Assembly (NCBI GenBank): GCA_030694425.1 | Contig: JAUXYI010000010.1 | Span: 18,595 to 82,594, forward strand | Length of the DNA stretch: 64,000 nucleotides | Origin: Thermodesulfovibrionia bacterium | Lineage (GTDB): Bacteria > Nitrospirota > Thermodesulfovibrionia > UBA6902 > BMS3Bbin08 | Reading direction: 5' to 3' | Part shown: positions 20,931 to 30,520 of the stretch, piece after piece | How the letters are laid out: each line of letters begins with the position of its first letter | Position numbering within the stretch: position 1 is the first letter of the stretch | Translations under genes and position numbers: made by a program | The notes under the pieces: generated by a model | The model's database searches: none | Told to the model about the DNA's origin: nothing | Seen by the model: the letters and a program-made list of their open reading frames with translations, nothing else

Positions 20931-20946
20931 AGCAACAACTATGCCA
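20931..20946 (-). promoter_or_regulatory. sigma-54 (-24/-12) promoter TGGCATAGTTGTTGCT upstream of the tandem radical SAM genes
   Basis: On the minus strand GG and GC are separated by 10 nt, matching TGGCAC-N5-TTGCW. It lies about 45 nt upstream of the 20886 start and directly downstream of the sigma-54 activator gene. Confidence 0.6.
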
Positions 20947-21145
20947 CAATTATGAAATTGTTTTATTATCCTTTAAAAACAAGAAGGCAGATAAAAATGA
21001 TTGCGCTCTTTAAAGTTATAGGGGGTGCAACAGAACTTTACGAAGAATTTGATAAAAAAGAGTAACTTCTGCTGAGATAAAGATTTTTTGGTATGCAAGA
21101 ATTCTTTACTGATATAAAAAACGTTGCAGTCTTTTTAGATGGGAC

Positions 21146-22561
21146 CTATGAGGATTTGGCTCTTCTCTTTAATCGCTGATTAAGTGCCTGACGTGTAATA
21201 CCTAAAAGGGATGCTGCAATCCCTTGATTGTCGTTTGCGCGCTTTAGCGCCTCGGATATAAAATAGTCTTCAACTTCTTTTAGGGTAGGAAAATGTCCGG
21301 AAAGGCTGATACCATAGGTTACATCTTGGGTTGTAGGCAACAGAATCGTTTGAGTACGTGAACGTCCTTCTTTTATAAATTCCTTAAAACTCTCTAAGGG
21401 AAGCATTCCTGATTCATGCTGCGCAACAGCATCAAAGACCATTGCCTGAAACTCACGGACATTTCCGGGATAGTTATAGTTAGAAAGCAACGTTGTAAGT
21501 TCAGGAGGAGGTGTAGGTTTTTTCTTTTTCATAGACCTTGCTGCATCATTTAGGAAATGGTCAAGTAATAAAGAGACGTCTTCAAGTCGTTCGCGAAGAG
21601 GTGGAATATGAATATGATGGGTACAAAGCCGAAAATATAAATCTCTGCGGAACTTTCCTTCTGATATCTGCTTTTGGACGTCATGATTGGAGATGGCAAC
21701 AATGCGTGTATTACTCTTCATGGGAATATCCGAACCGAGGGAATAATACATTTTTTCCTCTAACAAACGTAAGAGTTTAACCTGTGATGATTCGTTCAGG
21801 TCGCCGATTTCATCAAGAAGCAAGGTACCCCCGGATGCCTTAACAATCAGCCCCTCTCTTTCCACGTCTGCTCCAGTATATGCACCTTTTTTATGGCCGA
21901 ACAGGGCATCAGAAAACATAGTATCATCTAACCCGGCTACATTCACTGCAACAAACGATCCTTTAAGTCCGCTCGCCTGGTGTATTGACCTTGCGATTAA
22001 CTCTTTACCAACCCCTGTTTCTCCTGTAATAAAAACAGGTTTCTGGGATCTCGCAACGGCTTCAATGTAATGGAAAATGGCCCGCATCTTTTTGCTGTTT
22101 GTAATAATCAGGGAAAAAATATCTCCATGCTCCAGCTGGTCTGTAAGGAGATGCTGTTTTAGGGAGTTAACCTCATTGTGTAAATCCCTCAATTCCAGAA
22201 CCTTCTGTATACAAGAGATAAAGTGATTTTCTTCCACTGGTTTTACAAGATAATCCGATGCACCGGCCTTCATACTCTCTACAGCCTTTTCTACTTCATT
22301 TACTGCAGTCATGACAATAACCGGAATATGGGGAAAATCATTCTTGATCTTGGGAAGCAGTTCGATCCCTGAAATGTAGGGTATGATCAAGTCTAATACA
22401 ATTAATGCAACATCCTGTTTTTCAAGAAAGGGTAGAACCTCCCTGCTGTCCTTCAAGGTTAAAACATATTTAATTCCAGCGCTGCGGAGCGTTAAGCTGT
22501 AACTGAGTAAGATCTGCTCCTCGTCGTCTACGAGAAGTATGGGGAGTGAAGAATCGCTCAT
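21146..22561 (-). CDS. sigma-54-dependent response regulator (NtrC family: REC, AAA+, Fis-type HTH)
   Basis: REC (ILLVDDEEQILL...D), Walker A GETGVGKE, GAYTGA motif and a C-terminal HTH, AASLLGITRQALNQRLKR. Confidence 0.85.
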   Translation of the reverse strand: MSDSSLPILLVDDEEQILLSYSLTLRSAGIKYVLTLKDSREVLPFLEKQDVALIVLDLIIPYISGIELLPKIKNDFPHIPVIVMTAVNEVEKAVESMKAGASDYLVKPVEENHFISCIQKVLELRDLHNEVNSLKQHLLTDQLEHGDIFSLIITNSKKMRAIFHYIEAVARSQKPVFITGETGVGKELIARSIHQASGLKGSFVAVNVAGLDDTMFSDALFGHKKGAYTGADVEREGLIVKASGGTLLLDEIGDLNESSQVKLLRLLEEKMYYSLGSDIPMKSNTRIVAISNHDVQKQISEGKFRRDLYFRLCTHHIHIPPLRERLEDVSLLLDHFLNDAARSMKKKKPTPPPELTTLLSNYNYPGNVREFQAMVFDAVAQHESGMLPLESFKEFIKEGRSRTQTILLPTTQDVTYGISLSGHFPTLKEVEDYFISEALKRANDNQGIAASLLGITRQALNQRLKRRAKSS

Positions 22562-24090
22562 TTTAAACTATATACGGGGAGCCTCACTACAGCGGTTGTC
22601 CCCTTCCCTGGTTCTGATTCAAATTGCAGCATTCCGTTATGCTCCTTAATAATGGCATAGGAGATTGAAAGCCCCAGTCCTGTGCCTCCACTTTTAAGTT
22701 TTGTAGTAAAAAAAGGCTCTGTGATGCGCTCAAGAATATCCCCGGACATTCCGATACCTTCGTCTCTTACCTGTATTACCACATTGTCCTCTTTTTTACT
22801 AAAACAAGCAGATACCCAGACCCCACAATGCTTATCCGGTAATGCCTGCAATGAATTCATAATAAGATTGATAAGCACCTGCTCTATCTGCTGGGGATTT
22901 CCTCTTATAATCGGAACATCTTCCTCACAGGTGATGTTGAAATTATCGGTATACTGCTTAATCTGATTACCGAGAATGGTTATAGAGCCCTTAATAACCT
23001 TGCTGATGTCTACCTCATTAACTATGCTGGCTTTGTCCGGACGGGCAAAATCCCTCAAGTTGTCAACTATACTCTTAATCCTGAAGGCGCCATCATTTAT
23101 CCCTTTAAGCAGTTTTGGCATAACCTCACACACTTCCGAAAAAGGAAGTCCTCCCGGAGAAAAATTCTCATTATCCTGATAATATTCTTCAAGGATCTTG
23201 ATGACATCTCCCCAGACCTTAGAAAGCAAGTTGGAATTGGATATAATAAAACTATTCGGATTATTAATCTCATGGGCAATACCAGAAACAAGGGTACCCA
23301 GGGCAGTCATTTTGTTTGCTTGAATCAATTTTACCTGCATGAGTTTAGCCTCTTTTTCCATGCGGACCTTGGCAGTGATCTCTCTCGCTAACTCTATTAC
23401 GCTTTTTACCCTCCCGGTTTCATCTTTTATGGGGAATGCCCTTACATCCCAGACCCTTCCATCAGGGGTTGAAATCTCGCCTGTTTCCTCTTCCCCTGTG
23501 CGAAGACTTCTCATTGATGGATAGTTATCGTCTAAAGGAGATTTGCATATGCTAAAACAATATTGTCCTGTAAGTTCGGGGATATCTTTACCAAATGCAG
23601 AAGCAGCAGCTTTATTTGCCCACATTATTTTTAGATCAGGGGATAGGAGGACTAAGTTGTCAGGGATGGCATCAAGCAGGGCATTGAATTCCTGCTTTCG
23701 TTCAGTGATGTCACGACCGACAGCATATATCAAACCTTCATTAATATCTGAATAGGAAGTCCACGCCAGCCATTTAAAAGAACCATCTTTACAGAGATAC
23801 CGATGTTCACAATATATAACAGGCATGCCATCGCTCAAACTCTGCAATTCAGTGCGGTTGCTTTCACGGTCTTCGGGATGAACAAATTCATAAAACGGTT
23901 TTGCAAGAATTTCCTCTTTAGAGTATCCAAGTGTCCTCTCGAATGCAGGATTTACAAGCTTAAAATAACCATCCAATCCCGCAATACAGAGCATATCGTT
24001 TGAAAGGTTAAAAAAGTGCTCATATATTTTTTTTCTTAGGCCACGCTTTTTCTCCAAGGCTTTAAGTTTAGCAGTTCGTTGCTTAATCAT
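22558..24090 (-). CDS. PAS-domain sensor histidine kinase
   Basis: Two PAS-like regions, an H-box HEINNPNSFI, and a G2 box GGTGLGLSISYAII. It overlaps the response regulator gene by 4 nt. Confidence 0.85.
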   Translation of the reverse strand: MIKQRTAKLKALEKKRGLRKKIYEHFFNLSNDMLCIAGLDGYFKLVNPAFERTLGYSKEEILAKPFYEFVHPEDRESNRTELQSLSDGMPVIYCEHRYLCKDGSFKWLAWTSYSDINEGLIYAVGRDITERKQEFNALLDAIPDNLVLLSPDLKIMWANKAAASAFGKDIPELTGQYCFSICKSPLDDNYPSMRSLRTGEEETGEISTPDGRVWDVRAFPIKDETGRVKSVIELAREITAKVRMEKEAKLMQVKLIQANKMTALGTLVSGIAHEINNPNSFIISNSNLLSKVWGDVIKILEEYYQDNENFSPGGLPFSEVCEVMPKLLKGINDGAFRIKSIVDNLRDFARPDKASIVNEVDISKVIKGSITILGNQIKQYTDNFNITCEEDVPIIRGNPQQIEQVLINLIMNSLQALPDKHCGVWVSACFSKKEDNVVIQVRDEGIGMSGDILERITEPFFTTKLKSGGTGLGLSISYAIIKEHNGMLQFESEPGKGTTAVVRLPVYSLK

Positions 24091-24251
24091 ATCTTTTTAT
24101 AATTCACTACCGTCAGATATATATTATAGGTTTTTTATTGAATCTTTAACGGACACCGCAACTTAAAATAAGTATACCAAATATATGAAATTTTGAATAT
24201 CTTGAGAAAGCTCATACTTTACAAAATCCTTTAGTTTCACTAAGATAACAT

Positions 24252-25664
24252 TTGATAATGACAAAAATATACAAAGAAGATAGTCACAAATTGAAGCCTT
24301 TCCTCATAGACTCTCACTGCCATCTTGATATGGATGTCTTTGACAATGACAGAAGAGAAGTCATTAAGCGCGCCCAAGATGCATGTGTTAAGCATATAAT
24401 CAATATAGGCTCTGACAGAAAAGGGAATATAAAGAGTTTAAAAATCTGCCATGATTATCCTGAAATTTACACATCAGTCGGCATCCATCCTCATGATGCA
24501 AAAACTCTAAATGAAGAGCTTTATGCTGAAATAAAAGAGTGGTTAAAACAGCCAAAAGTTGTTGCCATAGGTGAAATCGGTCTTGATTATCACTATATGC
24601 ACTCTCCCAGAGAAACTCAAATAGACGCCTTTAAAAAGCAAATAGCCATAGCAAAAAATTCAGGTCTTCCTATTATAGTTCACAGCAGAGAAGCAAAAAA
24701 TGACACTATGCAGATACTCAAGGAGGACGCAACTAAGATTTCAGGCGTTCTGCATTGCTTTTCCGGGGATATGGACATGGCTAAAAAGGCTATGGAACTC
24801 GGATTCTACATATCAATTGCAGGACCGGTTACATTCAGCAATGCAAAAAATCTAAGGGAGGTTGCTAAATTTATCCCTGATGAGTATCTCCTCATAGAAA
24901 CAGATGCCCCATATCTAAGCCCTGTGCCAATGAGAGGCAAGAGGAATGAGCCTTCTTTTGTTAAATACACTGCTCAGGCAATTGCAGACCTGAGAGGCGT
25001 AGGCATCTCTGATATAGCAAGGATTACAACACTGAATGCAATGAAGCTTTTTAAACTCGGTCAGATTCCTGACAAAGGAGAAATAGCTTACAAAATCAGA
25101 GATTCACTTTATCTGAATATTACAAACAGATGCACTAACAGATGCGGGTTTTGCATAAGATTTGAGACAGACTATGTAAAAGGGCACAACCTGCGCCTTG
25201 AAAAAGAACCTTCAGCAGAGGAAATAATCAAATCAATAGGCAACCCGAACTTATATAAAGAAATTGTCTTCTGCGGTCTCGGCGAACCCCTTTTAAGACT
25301 TGATGTTGTTAAAGAGGTATCCGCATGGGTTAAACAAAAAGGCGGTAAAGTCAGGATAAATACAAACGGTCATGGCAATTTAATTCACGGAAGAAACATA
25401 CTCCCTGAGCTTCAGGGCATTGTAGACAGCCTCTCAATCAGCCTCGATGCCGAGGATGAAAAAAAATATGAAGACATCTGCAAGCCTGTTTATAAAAATG
25501 CCTTCCAGTCTGTTATCTCGTTTATAAAAGAAGCCAAGAGATATATCCCAGAAGTAAAAGTTACGGTCGTAAAATTACCAGAGATTGATATTGAAAAATG
25601 CAGGGCTATTGCTGAAGAGTTAGGGGTGGAACTAAGAGTAAGGGAGTTTAATGTGGTTGGGTAA
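24252..25664 (+). CDS. fusion protein: TatD-family metal-dependent hydrolase plus TatD-associated radical SAM-like domain
   Basis: Residues 1-260 are TatD-like (IDSHCHLD...HSRE...ETDAPYL). The C-terminal 200 aa carry CTNRCGFC (CxxxCxxC) and FCGLGEPLL. Confidence 0.7.
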   Translation: MIMTKIYKEDSHKLKPFLIDSHCHLDMDVFDNDRREVIKRAQDACVKHIINIGSDRKGNIKSLKICHDYPEIYTSVGIHPHDAKTLNEELYAEIKEWLKQPKVVAIGEIGLDYHYMHSPRETQIDAFKKQIAIAKNSGLPIIVHSREAKNDTMQILKEDATKISGVLHCFSGDMDMAKKAMELGFYISIAGPVTFSNAKNLREVAKFIPDEYLLIETDAPYLSPVPMRGKRNEPSFVKYTAQAIADLRGVGISDIARITTLNAMKLFKLGQIPDKGEIAYKIRDSLYLNITNRCTNRCGFCIRFETDYVKGHNLRLEKEPSAEEIIKSIGNPNLYKEIVFCGLGEPLLRLDVVKEVSAWVKQKGGKVRINTNGHGNLIHGRNILPELQGIVDSLSISLDAEDEKKYEDICKPVYKNAFQSVISFIKEAKRYIPEVKVTVVKLPEIDIEKCRAIAEELGVELRVREFNVVG

Positions 25665-25735
25665 GAAAGCGTGAGCTTGTTTCTCGCATCTATTTTGTGA
25701 TACAATTTTGTAATACAAAATTAAAAGGAGTAAAT

Positions 25736-25999
25736 ATGCCTGTAAGCGTCAGACTTGACAGAGAAACGGAAAGATTACTGGAAAAGGCAGCAAGGCTTAT
25801 GAGCAAGCCTAAGAGTAAGGTTATGAAAGAGTCAATCAAAGAATACTGTTCCCGGATAATAACCCGGGAAAAAAGAAGTCCTTATGAGCTTGCCAAAGAT
25901 TTAATCGGTAAAGAAGGCAGCGGCAGAGGCGACCTCTCTATAAGAGGAGAAGAAATCCTGAGAGAGCTTTTTAAGAGAAAAAGACATGATCGCCATTGA
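25736..25999 (+). CDS. ribbon-helix-helix antitoxin (VapB/CopG-like)
   Basis: MPVSVRLDRETERLLEKAARL. An AAGGAG RBS lies upstream, and the gene overlaps the PIN gene. Confidence 0.65.
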   Translation: MPVSVRLDRETERLLEKAARLMSKPKSKVMKESIKEYCSRIITREKRSPYELAKDLIGKEGSGRGDLSIRGEEILRELFKRKRHDRH

Positions 26000-26399
26000 C
26001 ACTGGCCCCATAGTTGCTCTTTTTGATAAAGAAGATGACAAGCATGCCCTCTGCACAAAAATCTTCAAAGAAATACACGAACCCCTTGTAACTACATGGC
26101 CTGTTCTTACAGAAGCATTTTATCTGCTCAGTTTCTCACCTACTGTCCATGATGATTTATGGGAATTTATAGAACGGGGTATTGTAATTGTCTATAATCT
26201 AAATACCAATTTATTTTCCACATGTAGAACGTTAATGAAACAATATCGTGACCTTCCAATGGATTTGGCTGACGCAACGTTGATAGCCATGGCAGAGGCG
26301 GAAAACATCCGGACTATTTTTACCCTTGACCATAAGGACTTCAAGGTGTACAAAACAAAACATAAGAAGCACTTCAAATTACTGCCGTCAGAGTTATAG
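25986..26399 (+). CDS. vapC: PIN-domain toxin VapC
   Basis: MIAIDTGPIVALFDKED... with the conserved acidic residues. Confidence 0.75.
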   Translation: MIAIDTGPIVALFDKEDDKHALCTKIFKEIHEPLVTTWPVLTEAFYLLSFSPTVHDDLWEFIERGIVIVYNLNTNLFSTCRTLMKQYRDLPMDLADATLIAMAEAENIRTIFTLDHKDFKVYKTKHKKHFKLLPSEL

Positions 26400-26474
26400 C
26401 TGATATTATGACGGTAAATTACTTTCAGAACATTAGATTGCCTGGGATAGATATCGGAAGTAGAAATACTAAAT

Positions 26475-26744
26475 TTACTTGGGTATTTTTATATTTAACT
26501 CTTTTAGCTTCCTGTGGAGATTCGACCTCTCGATACCAATAATTTCTGCCGTTCTAGAAATATTCCATTGATTCTCTTCAAGTTTTTTTATAATGAAATC
26601 TTTTTCAAAAGCATACCTTGCGTCTTTAAGTTTTATATATGAATAGCAATCTTGTGGTTGTGTTTCCTTGAACCATTCATGACAATGCTTACATTTGAGT
26701 GCTTCTTCTAAAACTTCTTCGGCACAATAAGGACACTTTTTCAT
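26475..26744 (-). CDS. zinc-ribbon plus Fis-type HTH small protein
   Basis: CPYC...CKHC at the N-terminus, and a C-terminus ISRTAEIIGIERSNLHRKLKELNI resembling the HTH of sigma-54 activators. Confidence 0.5.
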   Translation of the reverse strand: MKKCPYCAEEVLEEALKCKHCHEWFKETQPQDCYSYIKLKDARYAFEKDFIIKKLEENQWNISRTAEIIGIERSNLHRKLKELNIKIPK

Positions 26745-26804
26745 ACAGAACCATCTTTTATGATATTATTACAAGTATATCAAAAAATGTGAGAAAACAA
26801 AAAA

Positions 26805-27002
26805 ATGAGTATTGAAGAAATAATCAAGGGACAATATTCAAAATTTTTTAAAGAAAATAACTGGAGTACTTTCAAATTAGTCGCTGACTATTATTTTAGA
26901 AAAGCTGCTACCATAAAAAATAAGGACATTGATGTAAAGAAACAATTTAAATTGCTTTTTCGCAATATTCAAAAAAAGACTTTTTCTCGGAATTGGTTGT
27001 GA
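26805..27002 (+). CDS. hypothetical small protein
   Basis: ORF only. A weak hairpin plus T-tract lies downstream, at about 27010-27055. Confidence 0.25.
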   Translation: MSIEEIIKGQYSKFFKENNWSTFKLVADYYFRKAATIKNKDIDVKKQFKLLFRNIQKKTFSRNWL

Positions 27003-27116
27003 ATTAATGGTAAAAGCCTGCTACCTAAAAATAGACCGAGGTAGGCTTTTGTTCTCTTATTACCTTAAGTATCTGGAGTCTTTTATTATAGATAACGTAC
27101 TAAATACTGTTACGTT

Positions 27117-27167
27117 GTCATTGCGAGCCCGAAGGGCGTAGCAATCTTGTTCTCTTGAGATTGCTTT
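27117..27167. repeat. GTCATTGCGAGCCCGAAGGGCGTAGCAATCT...AGATTGCTT repeat
   Basis: Direct reading of the sequence. Confidence 0.65.
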
Positions 27168-27292
27168 AAGATACACCATTTCAAGTGGAAACAAATAAAT
27201 TGTTTTATATAAATATCATTTTTTTATTTGCAAATTATTTGTTTTGTGATAAATTGTTATATAACAAAGTCTATTCTCTGGTATAAGATTGC

Positions 27293-27619
27293 ATGCAAGA
27301 AAGAGCTTTTGAGAGAATCGGGTCAAGTTTAATGGCAAAATTTTTCTGTGCCGACTCAATATACTATGGAGTCGCGACGAATCTCTCAGAAAATGGCATG
27401 TGTTTTAAAACGGTGATGAATCTTTCCTCGGAATCAATTCCAGTAGGTTCGAGCATTAACATTTTTATCCATTTAATTGAAGAAAGATTAGAGATTCCTG
27501 TTAAAGTTGTCAGAATAGCAAAGACTATGGGTTTTTGCGATACTATGGGTGTAGAACTCTTAAAGCAACCCCCAAACTATTTAGAATTTATTAAAAGGTT
27601 CAAATCCTATACGGGGTAA
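27293..27619 (+). CDS. single-domain PilZ protein (putative c-di-GMP receptor)
   Basis: RAFER (RxxxR) and NLSENG (D/NxSxxG) motifs. It is a paralogue of the 33032 and 33706 genes. Confidence 0.7.
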   Translation: MQERAFERIGSSLMAKFFCADSIYYGVATNLSENGMCFKTVMNLSSESIPVGSSINIFIHLIEERLEIPVKVVRIAKTMGFCDTMGVELLKQPPNYLEFIKRFKSYTG

Positions 27620-27676
27620 AAAGCAATTTAGGATGGGGGCGAAGAACACATCCCAGATTTTGATATAGACTATTTA

Positions 27677-28444
27677 TTAATAAATAATTTCTTCAAGAAA
27701 TAATCCTTGCGCAGGCGCTGTTGGTCCTGAAAAACGTCTGTCTTTGAGGCCAAGTACTTCTTTTGTATATGATACAGGCTTCTTGCCTCTTCCAATCTCT
27801 ACCAGTGTGCCAACAATATTTCTTACCATGTGCCTGAGAAAAGCATCTGCCTGTACGCTTATCTTTATCAATGGGACATTAAATTTAAAGTTCATAAAAT
27901 CAACGAAGGAATCTTCCACTATTTCAATTTTGAATATTGTCCTGACAGGATTTTTTGAACTGCATCCCGAAGCACGAAAACAGGAAAAATCATGTGTTCC
28001 AATTAGATATTCCACAGCCTCTCTCATTAAATCGCAATTAAGTTGATATGGTATCTGCCATGAATATCTCCTCAGAAAAACAGCATAAGCGCCCTTGTGC
28101 GAAATACGATAGGAATATGTTTTGTTTTTTGCGCTGTACCGCGGGTGAAAATCTTCTGAACACCCCTCAGCCTTTATTACCCTTATATCATGAGGGATGT
28201 TGGCATTGATGGCACGGAGAAAAACCTGCGGCTCTAAGTTAGATTGGGTTTTAAAAGCAGCAATCTGTGCAAAGGCATGAACACCTGCATCAGTTCTGGC
28301 TGCCCCTGTAATTCTCAACCTCTCACCCGTAACAGTATAAATTGCATCTTCTATAATCTGCTGGATTGTTCTTTCTTTTTTCTGAACCTGCCAGCCTGAA
28401 TAATCAGTACCGTCATATTGGAGAGTAAGTTTAATGTGTTTCAA
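27677..28444 (-). CDS. truA: tRNA pseudouridine(38-40) synthase
   Basis: MKHIKLTLQYDGTDYSGWQVQ... Confidence 0.85.
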   Translation of the reverse strand: MKHIKLTLQYDGTDYSGWQVQKKERTIQQIIEDAIYTVTGERLRITGAARTDAGVHAFAQIAAFKTQSNLEPQVFLRAINANIPHDIRVIKAEGCSEDFHPRYSAKNKTYSYRISHKGAYAVFLRRYSWQIPYQLNCDLMREAVEYLIGTHDFSCFRASGCSSKNPVRTIFKIEIVEDSFVDFMNFKFNVPLIKISVQADAFLRHMVRNIVGTLVEIGRGKKPVSYTKEVLGLKDRRFSGPTAPAQGLFLEEIIY

Positions 28445-28477
28445 AGTAACCTCTTATTTTCAATATCCTTTTAATTT

Positions 28478-28580
28478 GTCATTCTGAGCGTAGCGAAGAA
28501 TCTCGCTTCTAAGATTCTGGAACCTGTTCCGAGCCTGTCTTTGAGATTGCTTCGCCTGACTTTGTCAGCCTCGCAATGAC
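28478..28580. repeat. composite GTCATTCTGAGCGTAGCGAAGAATCTCG...CCTCGCAATGAC repeat
   Basis: Direct reading of the sequence. Confidence 0.7.
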
Positions 28581-28585
28581 ATTCA

Positions 28586-29830
28586 TTAGCGCATCTTTAT
28601 ATTCGGTCCTCCACCCTTTACATACTGAACCAGAACAAGCCCGATAATGAAGAAAACAGACACAGCAAGTATCGCCGGTCTCTGGCTTCCAAGGGCTGAA
28701 GAAATATACCCAAACACAATTGGTCCTGCAATGGCAGAGGATTTGCCAACAAGCGAATATACGCCGAAATATTCACTTTCATGCTCAATTGGAATAAATT
28801 GAGAAAAGAACGCGCGGCTTGCAGCCTGAACCGTGCCAAGACCAAGACCTGCAAAAGTTGCAAGAACAAAGAAATGGCTTTTCACCTCTATAAAATATGC
28901 AATAACAGCCACAAAAGACCACAACAAAAGTGAGAGCGTAACAATTTTTTTTGGTCCCCATAAATCAATGGGCTTAGCCATGATAAATGCTCCGACAAGC
29001 GCTGTAATCTGAACAATGAGATAAAGCCCTATTAATTCCTTCGCATCAAAACCAAGGGTAGTTGCGGCGAAAATACCTGAAAACACAATCACAGTATTAA
29101 CGCCGTCTTCATAAATAAGAAATGACAGAAGAAATTTGCGCAGTTCTTTATGCTTACACATCTCTTTAAGTGTCTTCCATGAATATTTCCCCCCCTGGCC
29201 TGCAGAACGCAATAAGGTCTGACCTGTCTTTCTGTCAGGCGGAAGAAAAAAGAACGCGGGCAAAGAAAAAACTGCAAAAAAAACTGCAACCATGAACCAT
29301 GTTTCATTATAATGACCGCTTTTGACCAGTGGAAGGGCGATTAACAGAGATAGGATAGAGCCTGCATAACCTATTGCATATCCCCATGCAGAAACTCTTC
29401 CTTGATATTCTTTTTCTGCTAGTTCAGGCAAGAATGAATTGTAGAATACAAGACCGCCTTCCATCCCGATATTTGCAAGCATCACAAGGAAAAAACCTTC
29501 TATTATCATCCCCTTCTTTAACAAAGAAAAACTCGTTACTGATAAAACGCACAGGAGTGTATAAAACAAAAGGAGTTTTTTTCTTCTGCCGCTGTAATCT
29601 GCAATGCCGCCAAGAAACATTGATGTTACCGCCACAAAAGCCATGCTTGCTGATATAGCCCTTCCCCACCATAAATCCCCCAGTCCTGCTTCATTGCCGA
29701 CTATTGCAGATACATAATACACAGGAAAAACTACAGCGGCTATCACAGCAGAATAACTTGAATTTGCAAAATCAAAAAAACACCAGCTAAGGATCTGTTT
29801 CGGATTTTTTATTTTCATTAAACTTATCAA
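28586..29830 (-). CDS. MFS transporter
   Basis: A 12-TM-like hydrophobic profile with 414 aa. It overlaps the HepT remnant. Confidence 0.7.
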   Translation of the reverse strand: MISLMKIKNPKQILSWCFFDFANSSYSAVIAAVVFPVYYVSAIVGNEAGLGDLWWGRAISASMAFVAVTSMFLGGIADYSGRRKKLLLFYTLLCVLSVTSFSLLKKGMIIEGFFLVMLANIGMEGGLVFYNSFLPELAEKEYQGRVSAWGYAIGYAGSILSLLIALPLVKSGHYNETWFMVAVFFAVFSLPAFFFLPPDRKTGQTLLRSAGQGGKYSWKTLKEMCKHKELRKFLLSFLIYEDGVNTVIVFSGIFAATTLGFDAKELIGLYLIVQITALVGAFIMAKPIDLWGPKKIVTLSLLLWSFVAVIAYFIEVKSHFFVLATFAGLGLGTVQAASRAFFSQFIPIEHESEYFGVYSLVGKSSAIAGPIVFGYISSALGSQRPAILAVSVFFIIGLVLVQYVKGGGPNIKMR

Positions 29831-29912
29831 AAGAGATTTTTTTATAAGGCAATAGGTCGTTTAGATATTTAGTCATTGATACAAGCTTTTTCTTAACAAC
29901 GTCAGGCGACAT
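29787..29912 (-). pseudogene. truncated HepT/DUF86 (HEPN) toxin remnant
   Basis: Own translation gives MSPDVVKKKLVSMTKYLNDLLPYKKISFDKF.... Its ATG overlaps the MNT stop (ATGTCGCCTGA). Only 41 codons survive, and the remnant is overlapped by the MFS start. Confidence 0.35.
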
Positions 29913-30303
29913 TTCTCATTTTTCTTACAAATTCTTTGAGATATTTCCTTTGCATCAACCGTAATTTCTCTGTATCTATATACAGCTTCCACGCCCTTAA
30001 TCTCTCTTTATCAAAAAGGTCTGGATATTTTTCATAAAGAAGTCTTCCATTTAAAAAAATTTCAAAGAGGAGCAGCGGGTCAGTTTCAGTTCTGAGAATA
30101 ACAAGGTCTATATTCCTCCCGCTAAATAAATCATTAAGTTTATAAATCAGTTTAAGCTTTGAAATCTCTGCTCCCTGTCTAAATTTAACAGCCACGTCAA
30201 TATCACTTGAAGGGTGTATTTTCCCGGATGCCTGAGAGCCAAAAACAATGAGCAGTTCTATGTTATTTTCTCTGCAAAAACTTCTGACCTCTTTATTTTT
30301 CAT
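29902..30303 (-). CDS. nucleotidyltransferase-domain protein (MNT-type antitoxin)
   Basis: FGSQASGKIHPSSDIDVAV (GSx9-13DxD). Confidence 0.7.
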   Translation of the reverse strand: MKNKEVRSFCRENNIELLIVFGSQASGKIHPSSDIDVAVKFRQGAEISKLKLIYKLNDLFSGRNIDLVILRTETDPLLLFEIFLNGRLLYEKYPDLFDKERLRAWKLYIDTEKLRLMQRKYLKEFVRKMRNVA

Positions 30304-30349
30304 AAAATAATCATAAGATTGAGAAATGGTATTGTCAAGATAAATAGGG

Positions 30350-30520
30350 GCCTATCCGAGCCTTGCTGAAGCATAGCGAAAGATTGCAAGGCGAAGGACA
30401 AGCCCCGTATAGATATTTGAAAATCTTACGGGGCAGGCTTTGGTCGAGCGCCCTCCAGAGGCGGGTAAAAAGGCATAAAGCTTGCTCTCTACGAGTCGTA
30501 GACTGGCACGAGAAAGATTA
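30350..30520. repeat. composite repeat (ATAGGGGCCT...GAGCCTTGCTGAAGC unit plus CTCTACGAGTCGTAGAC palindrome)
   Basis: A related copy at 31178-31260 flanks the other side of the DUF433/DUF5615 pair. Confidence 0.6.
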
